Origin: an uncultured virus (IMG/VR IMGVR_UViG_3300005264_001596)
Taxonomy: Duplodnaviria > Heunggongvirae > Uroviricota > Caudoviricetes
DNA length: 64,000 nt
Virus record (IMG/VR): IMGVR_UViG_3300005264_001596
Direction: 5' to 3' (one strand)
The first letter of the stretch is position 1. Every line of letters starts with the position of its first letter. The position numbers were made by a program, and so were the translations under genes. The notes beneath the pieces are model-generated. The model made no database searches. It saw only the letters and a program-made list of their open reading frames with translations, and had not been told where the DNA came from. Below, one piece after another: positions 41,076-51,213 of the stretch.

Positions 41076-43502
41076 TTGGCAAAGAAAATAAAAAAATCAT
41101 TAGTTAAAAAGAAACAAGAGGGATTTGTATTTAGATTTAAGCCACGTATTAATGGCAAAATAGAAAATATTGAGGTAGTATCAATTGAAAACTTTAATGA
41201 AGAATCTATGAGTAGATATGGTACAAATGTTTTATCATATCGAATGTTACCAGATTTAAGAGATGGGATAAAACCTATAAATCGAAGATTATTATATACA
41301 TCATATTTTGTAGCTTATAATAGAAGAGTAAAATCAAATGCTGTAATAGGTGAATTATTAGCAAAATGGCATCCACATGGTGACCAAGCAGCATACAGTT
41401 CAATGGTAAACATGTCACAAGAATGGAGAGGAATGCCTCTAATATATGGGAAAGGAAACTTTGGTTCAATTAAAAATCCTAAGTCTCATGCCGCAATGAG
41501 ATATACTGAAGTATTATTATCAGATTTTTCTAAAGATTGTTTCTTTGGAGATTTCCTTGAAAAAAATGATACTACTATAGTTGATTTCATTCCAAACTTT
41601 GATGATAATGCATTAGAGCCATTTTATCTTCCAGCTAGATATCCGAACTTTTTAACTAATTGGAATACTGGTATTGCAATAGGGTTTAGTCATACAAGTG
41701 CAGGATTTACATTTAAAGATGCATTAGAAACAACTATTAAACTTATTAAGGAAGGTCCTAATGCAGAGGTTAATATAAATATATCTGATCCTCAAGGTTG
41801 CGATATACTTGCAGAACGAGGAATGAAAAATAAGTTTTTTGATGCACCAAATTATTCTGTAAGAGTACGAGCATTATATAAAGTTAAAGAAGTAGGTAAT
41901 GGTAAACATTCATTAGTTATAACTGCATTACCTTATGAAACTTCATCAAAAGCTGTAGATGATCAAATAGGAAAATTAATAGATAATAAACTTATTAATT
42001 ACGTTGATGACAGTCAAGCTATAATAAAAAACTTTAAAGATTTAGAATACTCAATCTATTTAAATAAAGGATATGATCCTCATACATGTATGGAAGATTT
42101 ATATAAGAGGACAAATCTAGAAAAAACATTTTCATCTAAATTATTATATATTAATTCAGATTTAAATTCTTTAGATTTAAGAAATTATGTAACTCATAGA
42201 AATGCATTAAATGCTTGGATTGATTATAGACGGGAACAAGTTCAAAGAAGAACAAAACTTAAAAGAGCTAAGTTATCAAAAGAAATTCATATTAGAGAAG
42301 GATTACTTAAAATAATTAATATGAATAAAGTTGAAGAATTTATTAAGATAGTTAAAACCAATAAAAATAAAGAATCTCAACTTAAACTAATTAAGAAATT
42401 TAAATTATCTGATTTACAAGCTGAATATTTAGTTAATATTAGAATTGGTTTATTATCTATAGACCATAGAGATAAATATATTAAAGAAATTAAAGAAATG
42501 CAAGCAGAAATTAAAATTTTGATTGATATTATTCATTCTTCTAAAAAGATTGATAAGATTATAATATCTGAATTAGAATATGGTATTAAAAAATATGCAA
42601 AAGATGAAAAAATATCTAAGATTCATATGCTTGGTGGAGCAATAGAAAAAACTTCTTCTACATCAGTTGAGTTTACTAGAAACCACATGTTGAAGTACCT
42701 ACCAGATGACAATATTAAAACATTGAACGATGATCATCCATTCTTTAAATCAATTGTACCAAATACTTTTATTTTAGTATATGGAAGAAATGGTAAATTT
42801 ATTAATATTGATTTAACTAAACTTAAGATATCAAAAAACAATTCAGTAGGTTACGAGATATCCTCATTAGGTTTAAATTCTGAGGCTATTGGTATTGTAC
42901 CTGATAATAGTAATGGTAGTATTATTATGATTACTAGAAATGGTATTATACAAAGAAGCGATATTGATTCATATAAATCATCTAAAACAGGTTCTGCTAT
43001 TAAGTTAAATGATGATGATGAACTTGTTGGTGCAACTTTTGTATCAAAGAAAGATGCTGTAATAATTTATACAAATTTAGGAAATGCATTAATGCTTAAA
43101 ACTAAAGATATAACTAAAACTAATAGAAATACAAAAGGTGTATCTGGAATTAAATTAAAGAAAGATGAATATTGTGTTGGTATTAGTAGCATATTATATG
43201 GTGATTCACAAATTGTAACTATAACCGATAGAGGATATGCTAAAAGATTTGATATAATTACTTTACCTAAATCAATTAGAGGTAAAAAAGGATTTGGTAT
43301 AATGTCTCCTGATGAAGTAGGTAATCTTGTTAGTGTTATTAGCGTAAATAAAGATGATAAACTTAAATTATATACATCATTTAATAATGAGGACATTGAG
43401 ATACGAACTTCAGAAATTCCAAAAAAGACAAGAATATCAAAAGGTAAGAAAATTGTAAAAATGCCTAAGCATATTAAAATAATTGATGCAGAAGTATTTT
43501 AA
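41076..43502 (+). CDS. gyrA: type IIA topoisomerase subunit A
   Basis: LPDLRDGIKP, HPHGD, GNFGS, catalytic AAMRYTE, beta-pinwheel CTD; TTG start after GGAAGGGG, downstream of the early motif at 41025. Confidence 0.92.
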   Translation: MAKKIKKSLVKKKQEGFVFRFKPRINGKIENIEVVSIENFNEESMSRYGTNVLSYRMLPDLRDGIKPINRRLLYTSYFVAYNRRVKSNAVIGELLAKWHPHGDQAAYSSMVNMSQEWRGMPLIYGKGNFGSIKNPKSHAAMRYTEVLLSDFSKDCFFGDFLEKNDTTIVDFIPNFDDNALEPFYLPARYPNFLTNWNTGIAIGFSHTSAGFTFKDALETTIKLIKEGPNAEVNINISDPQGCDILAERGMKNKFFDAPNYSVRVRALYKVKEVGNGKHSLVITALPYETSSKAVDDQIGKLIDNKLINYVDDSQAIIKNFKDLEYSIYLNKGYDPHTCMEDLYKRTNLEKTFSSKLLYINSDLNSLDLRNYVTHRNALNAWIDYRREQVQRRTKLKRAKLSKEIHIREGLLKIINMNKVEEFIKIVKTNKNKESQLKLIKKFKLSDLQAEYLVNIRIGLLSIDHRDKYIKEIKEMQAEIKILIDIIHSSKKIDKIIISELEYGIKKYAKDEKISKIHMLGGAIEKTSSTSVEFTRNHMLKYLPDDNIKTLNDDHPFFKSIVPNTFILVYGRNGKFINIDLTKLKISKNNSVGYEISSLGLNSEAIGIVPDNSNGSIIMITRNGIIQRSDIDSYKSSKTGSAIKLNDDDELVGATFVSKKDAVIIYTNLGNALMLKTKDITKTNRNTKGVSGIKLKKDEYCVGISSILYGDSQIVTITDRGYAKRFDIITLPKSIRGKKGFGIMSPDEVGNLVSVISVNKDDKLKLYTSFNNEDIEIRTSEIPKKTRISKGKKIVKMPKHIKIIDAEVF

Positions 43503-43561
43503 TTAATATAAGTTAAGGATAAAACCTTAACTTATTTTTTTTATAATAATAAGGAGGTAAT

Positions 43562-44485
43562 ATGAAAAATCGAAGAAATAATCATAACAACTTAAATAGA
43601 TATCCTAATCCAGTATCAAATAAAAAATCTATTAATAAGATTGATTTACTTTATATAAATAATATAAAAGATATTTTAAAAAATGGTAGTGATGATTTTG
43701 ATGATAAAGTTAGACCTGTATATAGTGATGGAACACCTGCACATACAAAATTTATAACACAAAATTTTGAAAAATATGACATATCTAAAGGTGAATTCCC
43801 AATAACAAATTTAAGACCTATTGCATGGAAGTCTGCTATTAAAGAAATTTTATGGATTTATCAAGATCAATCTAATGATTTAAATTTACTTAAAGATAAA
43901 TATAATATTAATTGGTGGGACGAATGGGAAGTCGAAAATACTGATACTATTGGATTAAGATATGGTGCAACAGTTAAAAAATATGATTTGATGAATAAAC
44001 TTCTTGAAGATATTAAAAATTCACCATATGGTAGAAGACATATTATGAATTTATGGCAGAATGAGGATTTAGATAATAATGAAGGATTAAATCCTTGTGC
44101 ATTTATGACAATGTGGAGTGTTAGAAAATCAAAAGAAGGCATAAAATATTTAGATATGACATTAACACAGCGTTCTAATGATTATTTAGTTTCTGGACAT
44201 ATAAATAAAATACAATATGTTGCATTGATGATGATGGTTGCCAAACATCTTAATTTAGAAGTTGGTATTTTTGCTCACTATACACATAACCTTCATATAT
44301 ATGATAGACATTTTAAACAAGCAACTGAAATAATGACAAGATTTAAATATAATCTTTGTTTAGACCAACCAAGGCTTATATTATTTACAGATAAAACTAA
44401 TTTTTATGATTTTACAATTGATGATTTTATGATTAGAAAGTATAATCCAATTAAACCTCAATTAAAATTTGATTTGGGAATTTAG
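43562..44485 (+). CDS. thyA: thymidylate synthase
   Basis: KSAIKEILW, WWDEW, YGRRH, catalytic LNPC, QRSND, IN..QY, NLHIYDRH. Confidence 0.93.
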   Translation: MKNRRNNHNNLNRYPNPVSNKKSINKIDLLYINNIKDILKNGSDDFDDKVRPVYSDGTPAHTKFITQNFEKYDISKGEFPITNLRPIAWKSAIKEILWIYQDQSNDLNLLKDKYNINWWDEWEVENTDTIGLRYGATVKKYDLMNKLLEDIKNSPYGRRHIMNLWQNEDLDNNEGLNPCAFMTMWSVRKSKEGIKYLDMTLTQRSNDYLVSGHINKIQYVALMMMVAKHLNLEVGIFAHYTHNLHIYDRHFKQATEIMTRFKYNLCLDQPRLILFTDKTNFYDFTIDDFMIRKYNPIKPQLKFDLGI

Positions 44486-45016
44486 GTGAATACTATGGAG
44501 ATAAATTTAATAGCGGCTGCAGATTTGCAGAATGGTATAGGAAAAGATGGTAAATTATTATATCATATAAAAGAAGATTTACAATATTTCAAAAAACAAA
44601 CACTTAATAATATTGTCATAATGGGAAGAAAAACTTTAGAGTCCCTTCCAAATGGTAGAGCTTTAAATAATCGTATTAATATTGTAATTACAAGAGATAA
44701 AGATTTTAAATGTAGTACTGCTATAGTTGTTAATAGTATTGAAGAAAGTATAAAAGCTATTAATTTTTTTGATGATGTTAATAGTGATTTAAAAGCATTC
44801 GTAATTGGCGGTGCATCTATATATAAACAATTTATGCAATATGCAGATAATATTTATTTAACTAAAATATATGATGTAAAACAAGCAGATTCACACTTTC
44901 CAGAAATGCTTAATACAGATTGGAAGTTATTAGAATATAATAAACAGACAACACATGAAGAATTAGATTATGCTTTTTTAATATATACAAGACAAACAAA
45001 TATCCTGCTTAAATAG
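44486..45016 (+). CDS. folA: dihydrofolate reductase
   Basis: GIGKDGKL, EDL.YFK..T, IMGRKT, L.NR.NIV, FVIGGASIY, ADSHFP. Confidence 0.93.
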   Translation: MNTMEINLIAAADLQNGIGKDGKLLYHIKEDLQYFKKQTLNNIVIMGRKTLESLPNGRALNNRINIVITRDKDFKCSTAIVVNSIEESIKAINFFDDVNSDLKAFVIGGASIYKQFMQYADNIYLTKIYDVKQADSHFPEMLNTDWKLLEYNKQTTHEELDYAFLIYTRQTNILLK

Positions 45017-45024
45017 CAGGATAT
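45000..45024. terminator. bidirectional terminator
   Basis: ATATCCTGCT/AGCAGGATAT. Confidence 0.75.
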
Positions 45025-45030
45025 ATTTTT

Positions 45031-46218
45031 TTATAATTCATCATAATTCTTTAATTGTTTATCGATTTTTTCCCATTTATTCTTAATAAATAACTCTCTT
45101 ATATCAAGTAAACCACCAGTAAATTTTAACATAGCTTCTCTAAGTCGCACATTACCAGCACCACCATCATGAGTATCTTTCTCTATAATATTTTCTAAAT
45201 AAGATAAATCTCTTTCAAGTAATGCAACAGTTTCTTTACTATAAGTAGAACCATTTATTTTTAATTCAGTTTTAATATAATCTGCAGTACTTCTCATTCT
45301 AGCAACATTTTCAGGATGAGGATCGAATAATTGTTTTATCATATGGGCATAAGTTGTAGCTCTATCATATTCTTTATTTCGTTGACCTGCACCATAATTT
45401 TTAAAGAAATATTCATCATATTTTCTTAAAGCTTCATGTACATACATACTATAACCAAACATTGCAGCAAAACCATCTGCAAATTTTTCTTCTCTATAAG
45501 TATCTAATTGTTTTATTGTACCCATTAAAAAAGTTATACTATAATAAATCACCAGTATTGAAAAATCCGTTAATTTTGCTATTTTTGATGCAAATTTTTT
45601 AAATACACTTTCATCTGATTTATCTTTAGAAGCTTCTTCACGTTCTTTACGATATGTTTCTATTGCATCATCTGACATTGCAATTGTTATCAAAAATTTC
45701 ATTAGTGAAGGCATATAGTTAACTATTTTTGCAGGTAATGTATGTCTTCTATTTAAGTTATGACCCATTTCATGTAATAATACAGCAACTAATTCTTTTT
45801 CATTTAATAATGTAAAATCTACCAAACTTAAAAATATTATTACATTTACTTTAGCTTTTGGATTAAATGATATAGCATATTTTCCTTTATATACTTTTAA
45901 TTTCTTTCCATATATAAGGCTTGTAGATTGTACTGATAATGTTGCAACTGAAGCTAAAGCATCTTTACCATCAATAATTTCAATATACATTTGATTTAAT
46001 CCAAATAATTTGGCAAATGTTTTTTCCACCTTTTTAATTTTTTCAGTATAAAATTTAAAATGTTTTGTGTTTTTAACATCTGGCATATTTTCTAATGTAA
46101 ATCCTTGTTTAGCTGAATAATCAATCATTTCTTTAAAGTATGATTCAATTTCAATTAAAAGTGGATTTCCACCATAGTACACTTCATTCAATAATTGATT
46201 TAATTTTGAACTTTCCAT
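45031..46218 (-). CDS. zincin (M48-like) metallopeptidase, probably virion-associated
   Basis: LLHEMGH, EEKFADGFA, HP....R; N-terminus ends in LLNE like the head-protein leaders. Confidence 0.7.
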   Translation of the reverse strand: MESSKLNQLLNEVYYGGNPLLIEIESYFKEMIDYSAKQGFTLENMPDVKNTKHFKFYTEKIKKVEKTFAKLFGLNQMYIEIIDGKDALASVATLSVQSTSLIYGKKLKVYKGKYAISFNPKAKVNVIIFLSLVDFTLLNEKELVAVLLHEMGHNLNRRHTLPAKIVNYMPSLMKFLITIAMSDDAIETYRKEREEASKDKSDESVFKKFASKIAKLTDFSILVIYYSITFLMGTIKQLDTYREEKFADGFAAMFGYSMYVHEALRKYDEYFFKNYGAGQRNKEYDRATTYAHMIKQLFDPHPENVARMRSTADYIKTELKINGSTYSKETVALLERDLSYLENIIEKDTHDGGAGNVRLREAMLKFTGGLLDIRELFIKNKWEKIDKQLKNYDEL

Positions 46219-46249
46219 ATTTTACATCTCCTTTATATTATTATTTATA

Positions 46250-46270
46250 TGTTTATTGAAACAATAGATA
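46250..46270. promoter_or_regulatory. divergent late-type AACA promoter motifs
   Basis: AACA-N6-TA on the minus strand (46250-46253) and AACA-N5-TA on the plus strand (46260-46263). Confidence 0.5.
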
Positions 46271-46293
46271 AATAAAAAGGAGGGTAAATTATA

Positions 46294-47430
46294 ATGTACA
46301 ACTATGCATATAGAGATAGTATATATACTATCATAGAAGAAAAAATGAAAGATAAAAAAACTGAAAAAGAACTATTAAAGATTATTAAAAGATATATGGA
46401 TATGAATGCCAGTATACTTAATAGTGTAGATTTTTCAAGAAAACTTCTTTTTTCTAATTCTATTAAATTATCTATTAGTAAGTTATTTGGTAACATAGAT
46501 AAAAAATTTGTAAAGAAAGCAGCAGATAAAAGTTCGTATATTGATAAAAGTTGGTTTGTTACAACGAATCCAACGTATGTAATTTTAACATCAGTTATAA
46601 TATATTATCTACTCAATAAAGGTGAAGATCTTAAAATAAGAATGGTATTATATTTTTTAACAATGCCAATATTTTCTTCTACAATGTCACAATTTTTTAA
46701 AACAGGAGTTAATAAAGAAATAATGGATTATACTATTGCTAATCTTACACAAAAGAATTATATAAAGACAGAAGGTAGTATAATAAAAATGTTAGGTAAA
46801 ACTGCTGAAGTTACATTAGTAGCTTATAGGGATGATTTAAAAGAAATAAAGGATAAAGAATCTTACTTAATATTTATATCTGGATTAGAAACTAGAATAA
46901 GTAAAAATATTAAAAATATAGCTAAAAAATATTATGAGAACTATGAAAAAGGTAATTATCTAAATACTGATACTGATAATTTAGATGAAGAGAATTATAG
47001 AATAATATCATCAGATACTTTAAGAGTTTCTACATTGGCAACAAAAACAAGTATGAATTTATCTACAATTGGTTTTGATTCTCGAATTGTTAAACAAGCT
47101 AAAAATCTTTCACGAGATGTAAATATAAATAAATTATATGGATTTCTTGATAGTATTGTTGTTGATCATAAAGAGGATTTACGTGAGTTTATTATAAGAC
47201 TTATTGAAATTTTGTATATAAAGGGGTATACTGTTGATGATGCTAAATCACCTGTATTTCTTAAAGTAGGCATAGAGGCTTATAGAAGTAATAGTGATGA
47301 TAAAACTATTTTATTCATAAAAGATATGCTTGAGGAATGGGTAAATATAAAATCTTCAACAAAACATAATTATAAAAGATCTATATATTATACGTTTATA
47401 CTAACTATTCAGCAAGATGCTAAAGGGTGA
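46294..47430 (+). CDS. hypothetical protein (possibly structural)
   Basis: AAGGAGG RBS; 378 aa. Confidence 0.6.
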   Translation: MYNYAYRDSIYTIIEEKMKDKKTEKELLKIIKRYMDMNASILNSVDFSRKLLFSNSIKLSISKLFGNIDKKFVKKAADKSSYIDKSWFVTTNPTYVILTSVIIYYLLNKGEDLKIRMVLYFLTMPIFSSTMSQFFKTGVNKEIMDYTIANLTQKNYIKTEGSIIKMLGKTAEVTLVAYRDDLKEIKDKESYLIFISGLETRISKNIKNIAKKYYENYEKGNYLNTDTDNLDEENYRIISSDTLRVSTLATKTSMNLSTIGFDSRIVKQAKNLSRDVNINKLYGFLDSIVVDHKEDLREFIIRLIEILYIKGYTVDDAKSPVFLKVGIEAYRSNSDDKTILFIKDMLEEWVNIKSSTKHNYKRSIYYTFILTIQQDAKG

Positions 47431-47435
47431 TAATT

Positions 47436-48614
47436 ATGAATAACTTAGAGAAGTTATTAGAAAATACTAAAGAAAAAGAACAAAGAGATATTATGATTGA
47501 CAGATTATTAGAAGCAAATACAAATAATGAAAAAATGTATCCATATTATATATTTTTAACTCATAGTGGAACTGCGTTAGCTAATGGTATTAAAAAAATA
47601 ACAAAAGTGCCATATTCTCATGCAAGTATAACATTTGATTTATCACTTAAAAATATGTATAGTTTTGGAAGAAAAAATCCAAATAATCCATTCATTGGTA
47701 CATTCGTAAAAGAAAATATTCGAACAGGTCTATATAAAAATGTAGAATCAGTTGCTAAATATTCTGTATATGTTGGATTTGTACCAAAAGATGTATTAGA
47801 TAAAATGGAAGATAGAGTTAATGATTTTATAGAAGGTGTTAAGAATGGTAAAAAATTTAAATATAATTTCTTAGGATTATTTACTAATCTTTTAAAGATT
47901 GAAACAGAACGTGATGGTTATTATTTCTGTAGTGAATTTGTTGCTGAAATTATTAAATCTGCAACTGATAACGAAATTGTATCTAAACATAGAAGTATGG
48001 TTAAACCTTATGAATTTGCTAAAAATTCAAAATTGTTATTTTTAACAAAGGGCATACTAAAAAATTATAATGAAAAGAAAACTGCAATAAAATTAAAAAA
48101 CATTACAAAAAAGAATAATGTAATATTAAATGAAACTTATTTTAAGGAGATGTATATAATGAGTAACTTGGAAAAATTATTAGAAAGCACTAAAGAAGAA
48201 CAAAGAGATTCTAGTTTAGATTATTTAAACGAATCTAATACAATAATAAATGAAGCATTTGATGGAAGAAGACGTAGAGATGCAGCAGAATCATTTACTG
48301 ATGAAGATAGAGAAAAAATGATTTCTACTTATACAAGTATTAAAAATAGTTCTGCTAGTATACTTAAAAAGTATCCTGAAATAGAGGAAAAATTTGATTT
48401 ATATGATGAAAAAGAAGCTGGCTTAGAAGCTTTTAAAAATGGTGAAGCTGGATGTATTAAGATAGGTAAAATATCTTCAAGTGATGTAGATTTATCTAAA
48501 TATATAAATGATTTAAAATTTGAAAAATCTGTTTTTAAAGTTTATGTCCCTGATAATTCAAATGAACTTAGTTTATATATGATTGGTAAAGCCCTTAATA
48601 GAAATAGAAAATAA
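47436..48614 (+). CDS. leader-bearing protein: permuted papain-like (NlpC/P60, YiiX-type) domain fused in frame to a second leader plus cargo unit
   Basis: MNNLEKLLE leader; PYSHAS, YNFLGL, YYFCSEFV; internal RBS and leader at 48144-48260. Confidence 0.7.
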   Translation: MNNLEKLLENTKEKEQRDIMIDRLLEANTNNEKMYPYYIFLTHSGTALANGIKKITKVPYSHASITFDLSLKNMYSFGRKNPNNPFIGTFVKENIRTGLYKNVESVAKYSVYVGFVPKDVLDKMEDRVNDFIEGVKNGKKFKYNFLGLFTNLLKIETERDGYYFCSEFVAEIIKSATDNEIVSKHRSMVKPYEFAKNSKLLFLTKGILKNYNEKKTAIKLKNITKKNNVILNETYFKEMYIMSNLEKLLESTKEEQRDSSLDYLNESNTIINEAFDGRRRRDAAESFTDEDREKMISTYTSIKNSSASILKKYPEIEEKFDLYDEKEAGLEAFKNGEAGCIKIGKISSSDVDLSKYINDLKFEKSVFKVYVPDNSNELSLYMIGKALNRNRK

Positions 48615-48628
48615 AGGAGTTATATATA

Positions 48629-49192
48629 ATGAATAACTTAGAGAAGTTATTAGAAAGTACTAAAGAAGAACAAAGAGATTCTAGTTTAGATTATTTAAAC
48701 GAATCTAATACAATAATAAATGAAGCATTTTTTAAATCTAAACTTACAGAAGAGCAATTACTTGAAATTGCTAAAGAAATTTCAATTAAATTTGAAAAAC
48801 TAATTAATATAATCAAAATAAGATTCAATAAAGGTATTAAAAAATTTGATTTCTATACAAAAAATAATCTTTATAAATGGATTAGTTTAAAAGAAAGTAA
48901 TAAAGATTATGGATCAGATGTTCAGACTCGCCATATTCTTTCTATTGATACACCTAAAGCAATTAACTTAATTATCAAAGAAGGATTTGATAAAGATGAC
49001 GCATATGATGAATACTTAGATAGAGATTCAAAATTATTTAAATTTATTAAATCAATTATACCAGAAGATACTGAAATGAATTTAACTCTTGATTGTGATG
49101 GAGAATCTACTAATGATATGATATATTGGATTAATAATACAAATTATTATCAAATATTTAATAATTATAAAAAGAATATGATAAAAAAATAA
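48629..49192 (+). CDS. leader-bearing putative internal head protein
   Basis: MNNLEKLLESTKEEQRDSSLDYLNESNTIINEA followed by a unique body. Confidence 0.7.
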   Translation: MNNLEKLLESTKEEQRDSSLDYLNESNTIINEAFFKSKLTEEQLLEIAKEISIKFEKLINIIKIRFNKGIKKFDFYTKNNLYKWISLKESNKDYGSDVQTRHILSIDTPKAINLIIKEGFDKDDAYDEYLDRDSKLFKFIKSIIPEDTEMNLTLDCDGESTNDMIYWINNTNYYQIFNNYKKNMIKK

Positions 49193-49206
49193 AGGATGTG
49201 TATAAT

Positions 49207-50124
49207 ATGAATAATTTAAATAAATTATTAGAATCTGTTTCTAATACTGAAGAACACATAGAAACAACATATTTAACTGAACATGCATTTGTGATGAGTT
49301 TTTCAGATTTACAACTTGAAGCTGTAGATTTTAAAAAATTAAAAAATACATTTGTTGATTGGTTAAATAAATTATTTTTAAAATTAAGAGAGTTTACAGA
49401 TTATATGTTCTCTGCAATGATAGCAAATATTAAATCGAAAACAATGATTTTAAATACATTAGCAAAGAGTGGTATTGATTTTGATAAAAAATTTAATAAA
49501 CTTTTAACTGTTAAATTTCATGTGAATTCTACTATACTGAAAAAAATTTTAGTAATGTGGGATACTAAATATATTTACAATATTATAGATAGTAACAAGA
49601 CTTTTGATTTTTATGATATAATACAAAAAATATTACTTGATAAATATTTGATAAATATAGATAATGAAAGTATTGAATCTTTACGAGTTTCGCATTTATC
49701 AATTGGAGTGTTACTAACTAAATTTAAATTAGATGGTGTTGATGCAATTAATTTTAAATTATTTAAAGAATTTTTACAAGTTACTGAAAATATAATGAAA
49801 AATTATAAACCTTTAAAATTAAAGAAAGAAATAATGGTTGCTCATAAAGAAGCTGATAAGAAAGCTAGAGCAAATGTAGAATCTGATGAAGAATTATCTA
49901 TATTAAGACGTAGAAGTCTATTATTTGTTAGAGTAAATCATGAATTAATAATGTTTCAGAAGAATATGATTTCTACATTCTTAGATAGTATTATACACAT
50001 GATTATTAAATATACTAAAGAAACAGATCAAAAAATTGTAAATCCTGAGAAAATCTTTGGCTCAAAAAAGAAAAAAGATAAAGATATTGAGGATACTTTA
50101 CAAACTACATTATTATTAACTTAA
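49207..50124 (+). CDS. leader-bearing putative internal head protein
   Basis: MNNLNKLLES...LTE...QLEA. Confidence 0.65.
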   Translation: MNNLNKLLESVSNTEEHIETTYLTEHAFVMSFSDLQLEAVDFKKLKNTFVDWLNKLFLKLREFTDYMFSAMIANIKSKTMILNTLAKSGIDFDKKFNKLLTVKFHVNSTILKKILVMWDTKYIYNIIDSNKTFDFYDIIQKILLDKYLINIDNESIESLRVSHLSIGVLLTKFKLDGVDAINFKLFKEFLQVTENIMKNYKPLKLKKEIMVAHKEADKKARANVESDEELSILRRRSLLFVRVNHELIMFQKNMISTFLDSIIHMIIKYTKETDQKIVNPEKIFGSKKKKDKDIEDTLQTTLLLT

Positions 50125-50140
50125 GAAGGAGATGTATATT

Positions 50141-51142
50141 ATGAATAACTTAGAGAAGTTATTAGAAAGTACTAAAGAAAAAGAACAAAGAGATTCTAGT
50201 TTAGATTATTTAAATGAATCTGTAATAGTTATGTATGGTTCAGAAATAAATGAGTATGGTTCTTTATTAGAAGCTGCTGATGGTAATACAGAAAAGAAAA
50301 AGAATTTATTAAAAAGAATGATTGATACAATCATTAAATGGATTAAAAGTGTTATCAGAAAACTTGCTGAAAAATTAGGTCTTTTTGATAAAATTCGTAA
50401 AGAAAATAGTAAACTTAAAGGAAAAATTGATGATTTAAAAAATGTGGAAAAAGAAAAGAAAAATCTTGAGAAAAAACTTAAAGAATCTAAAGAAAAAATA
50501 AAAAAAGTTAAAACCAATAAAGATGGTTATAAAGAAGAAGTAAGTATTTTAGACCAAGAAATACGTAAGTTAGAAGAAAAACTTAAATCTATTGAAAATC
50601 GCAAGTTAGTCTTTCGTGTACGCCTTATATGTTTAAGAACTACACTTGATACGATTCCAGAAAATAGAACTGTATCAATTGAAATACTGAGTAAATGTTT
50701 AAAAGAAACAGAAAAAATTGGAGATATTTATTTTAATGCTAAAGATCAAGTAATTAAAGATGATAAACCTTTATATGAAGGAAAATTTCCTGATAATTAT
50801 ATAATCACTACATTAAAGTGTGTTATAAATCAAAATCAAACATCTGACATTAAAACAATTATTGATAAATATGATATTGCGAATAAAAGATTTAAAGGCA
50901 TTGCTTCTAATTTAGGTAAAGAACTTGATGATACTCAAAGAGAGGTTTCTTATATTTCTAAAGAAATAAATACTATTGAAGATCCTAAAGAATTAGAAAT
51001 TGAACAAAAATACCTTAATTTCTTTCAACGAAAGAATAACATTTTACTTAAAATGATAACTTTTATTTCTAATTATATTGGTTCTGGAGCTAGTCCTTCT
51101 ATTACTGTATTTCAATATAATGAAGAAGATGATGATAATTAA
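50141..51142 (+). CDS. leader-bearing coiled-coil putative internal head protein
   Basis: Leader, then LLEA, an amphipathic helix (LLKRMIDTIIKWIKSVIRKL) and a long coiled coil; terminator at 51150-51171. Confidence 0.7.
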   Translation: MNNLEKLLESTKEKEQRDSSLDYLNESVIVMYGSEINEYGSLLEAADGNTEKKKNLLKRMIDTIIKWIKSVIRKLAEKLGLFDKIRKENSKLKGKIDDLKNVEKEKKNLEKKLKESKEKIKKVKTNKDGYKEEVSILDQEIRKLEEKLKSIENRKLVFRVRLICLRTTLDTIPENRTVSIEILSKCLKETEKIGDIYFNAKDQVIKDDKPLYEGKFPDNYIITTLKCVINQNQTSDIKTIIDKYDIANKRFKGIASNLGKELDDTQREVSYISKEINTIEDPKELEIEQKYLNFFQRKNNILLKMITFISNYIGSGASPSITVFQYNEEDDDN

Positions 51143-51213
51143 ACTAGATACAGAGGGATAATTCCCTCTGTTCTTTTTTTGTAATTAAACATAATTTAAA
51201 TAAGGAGGTTTAT

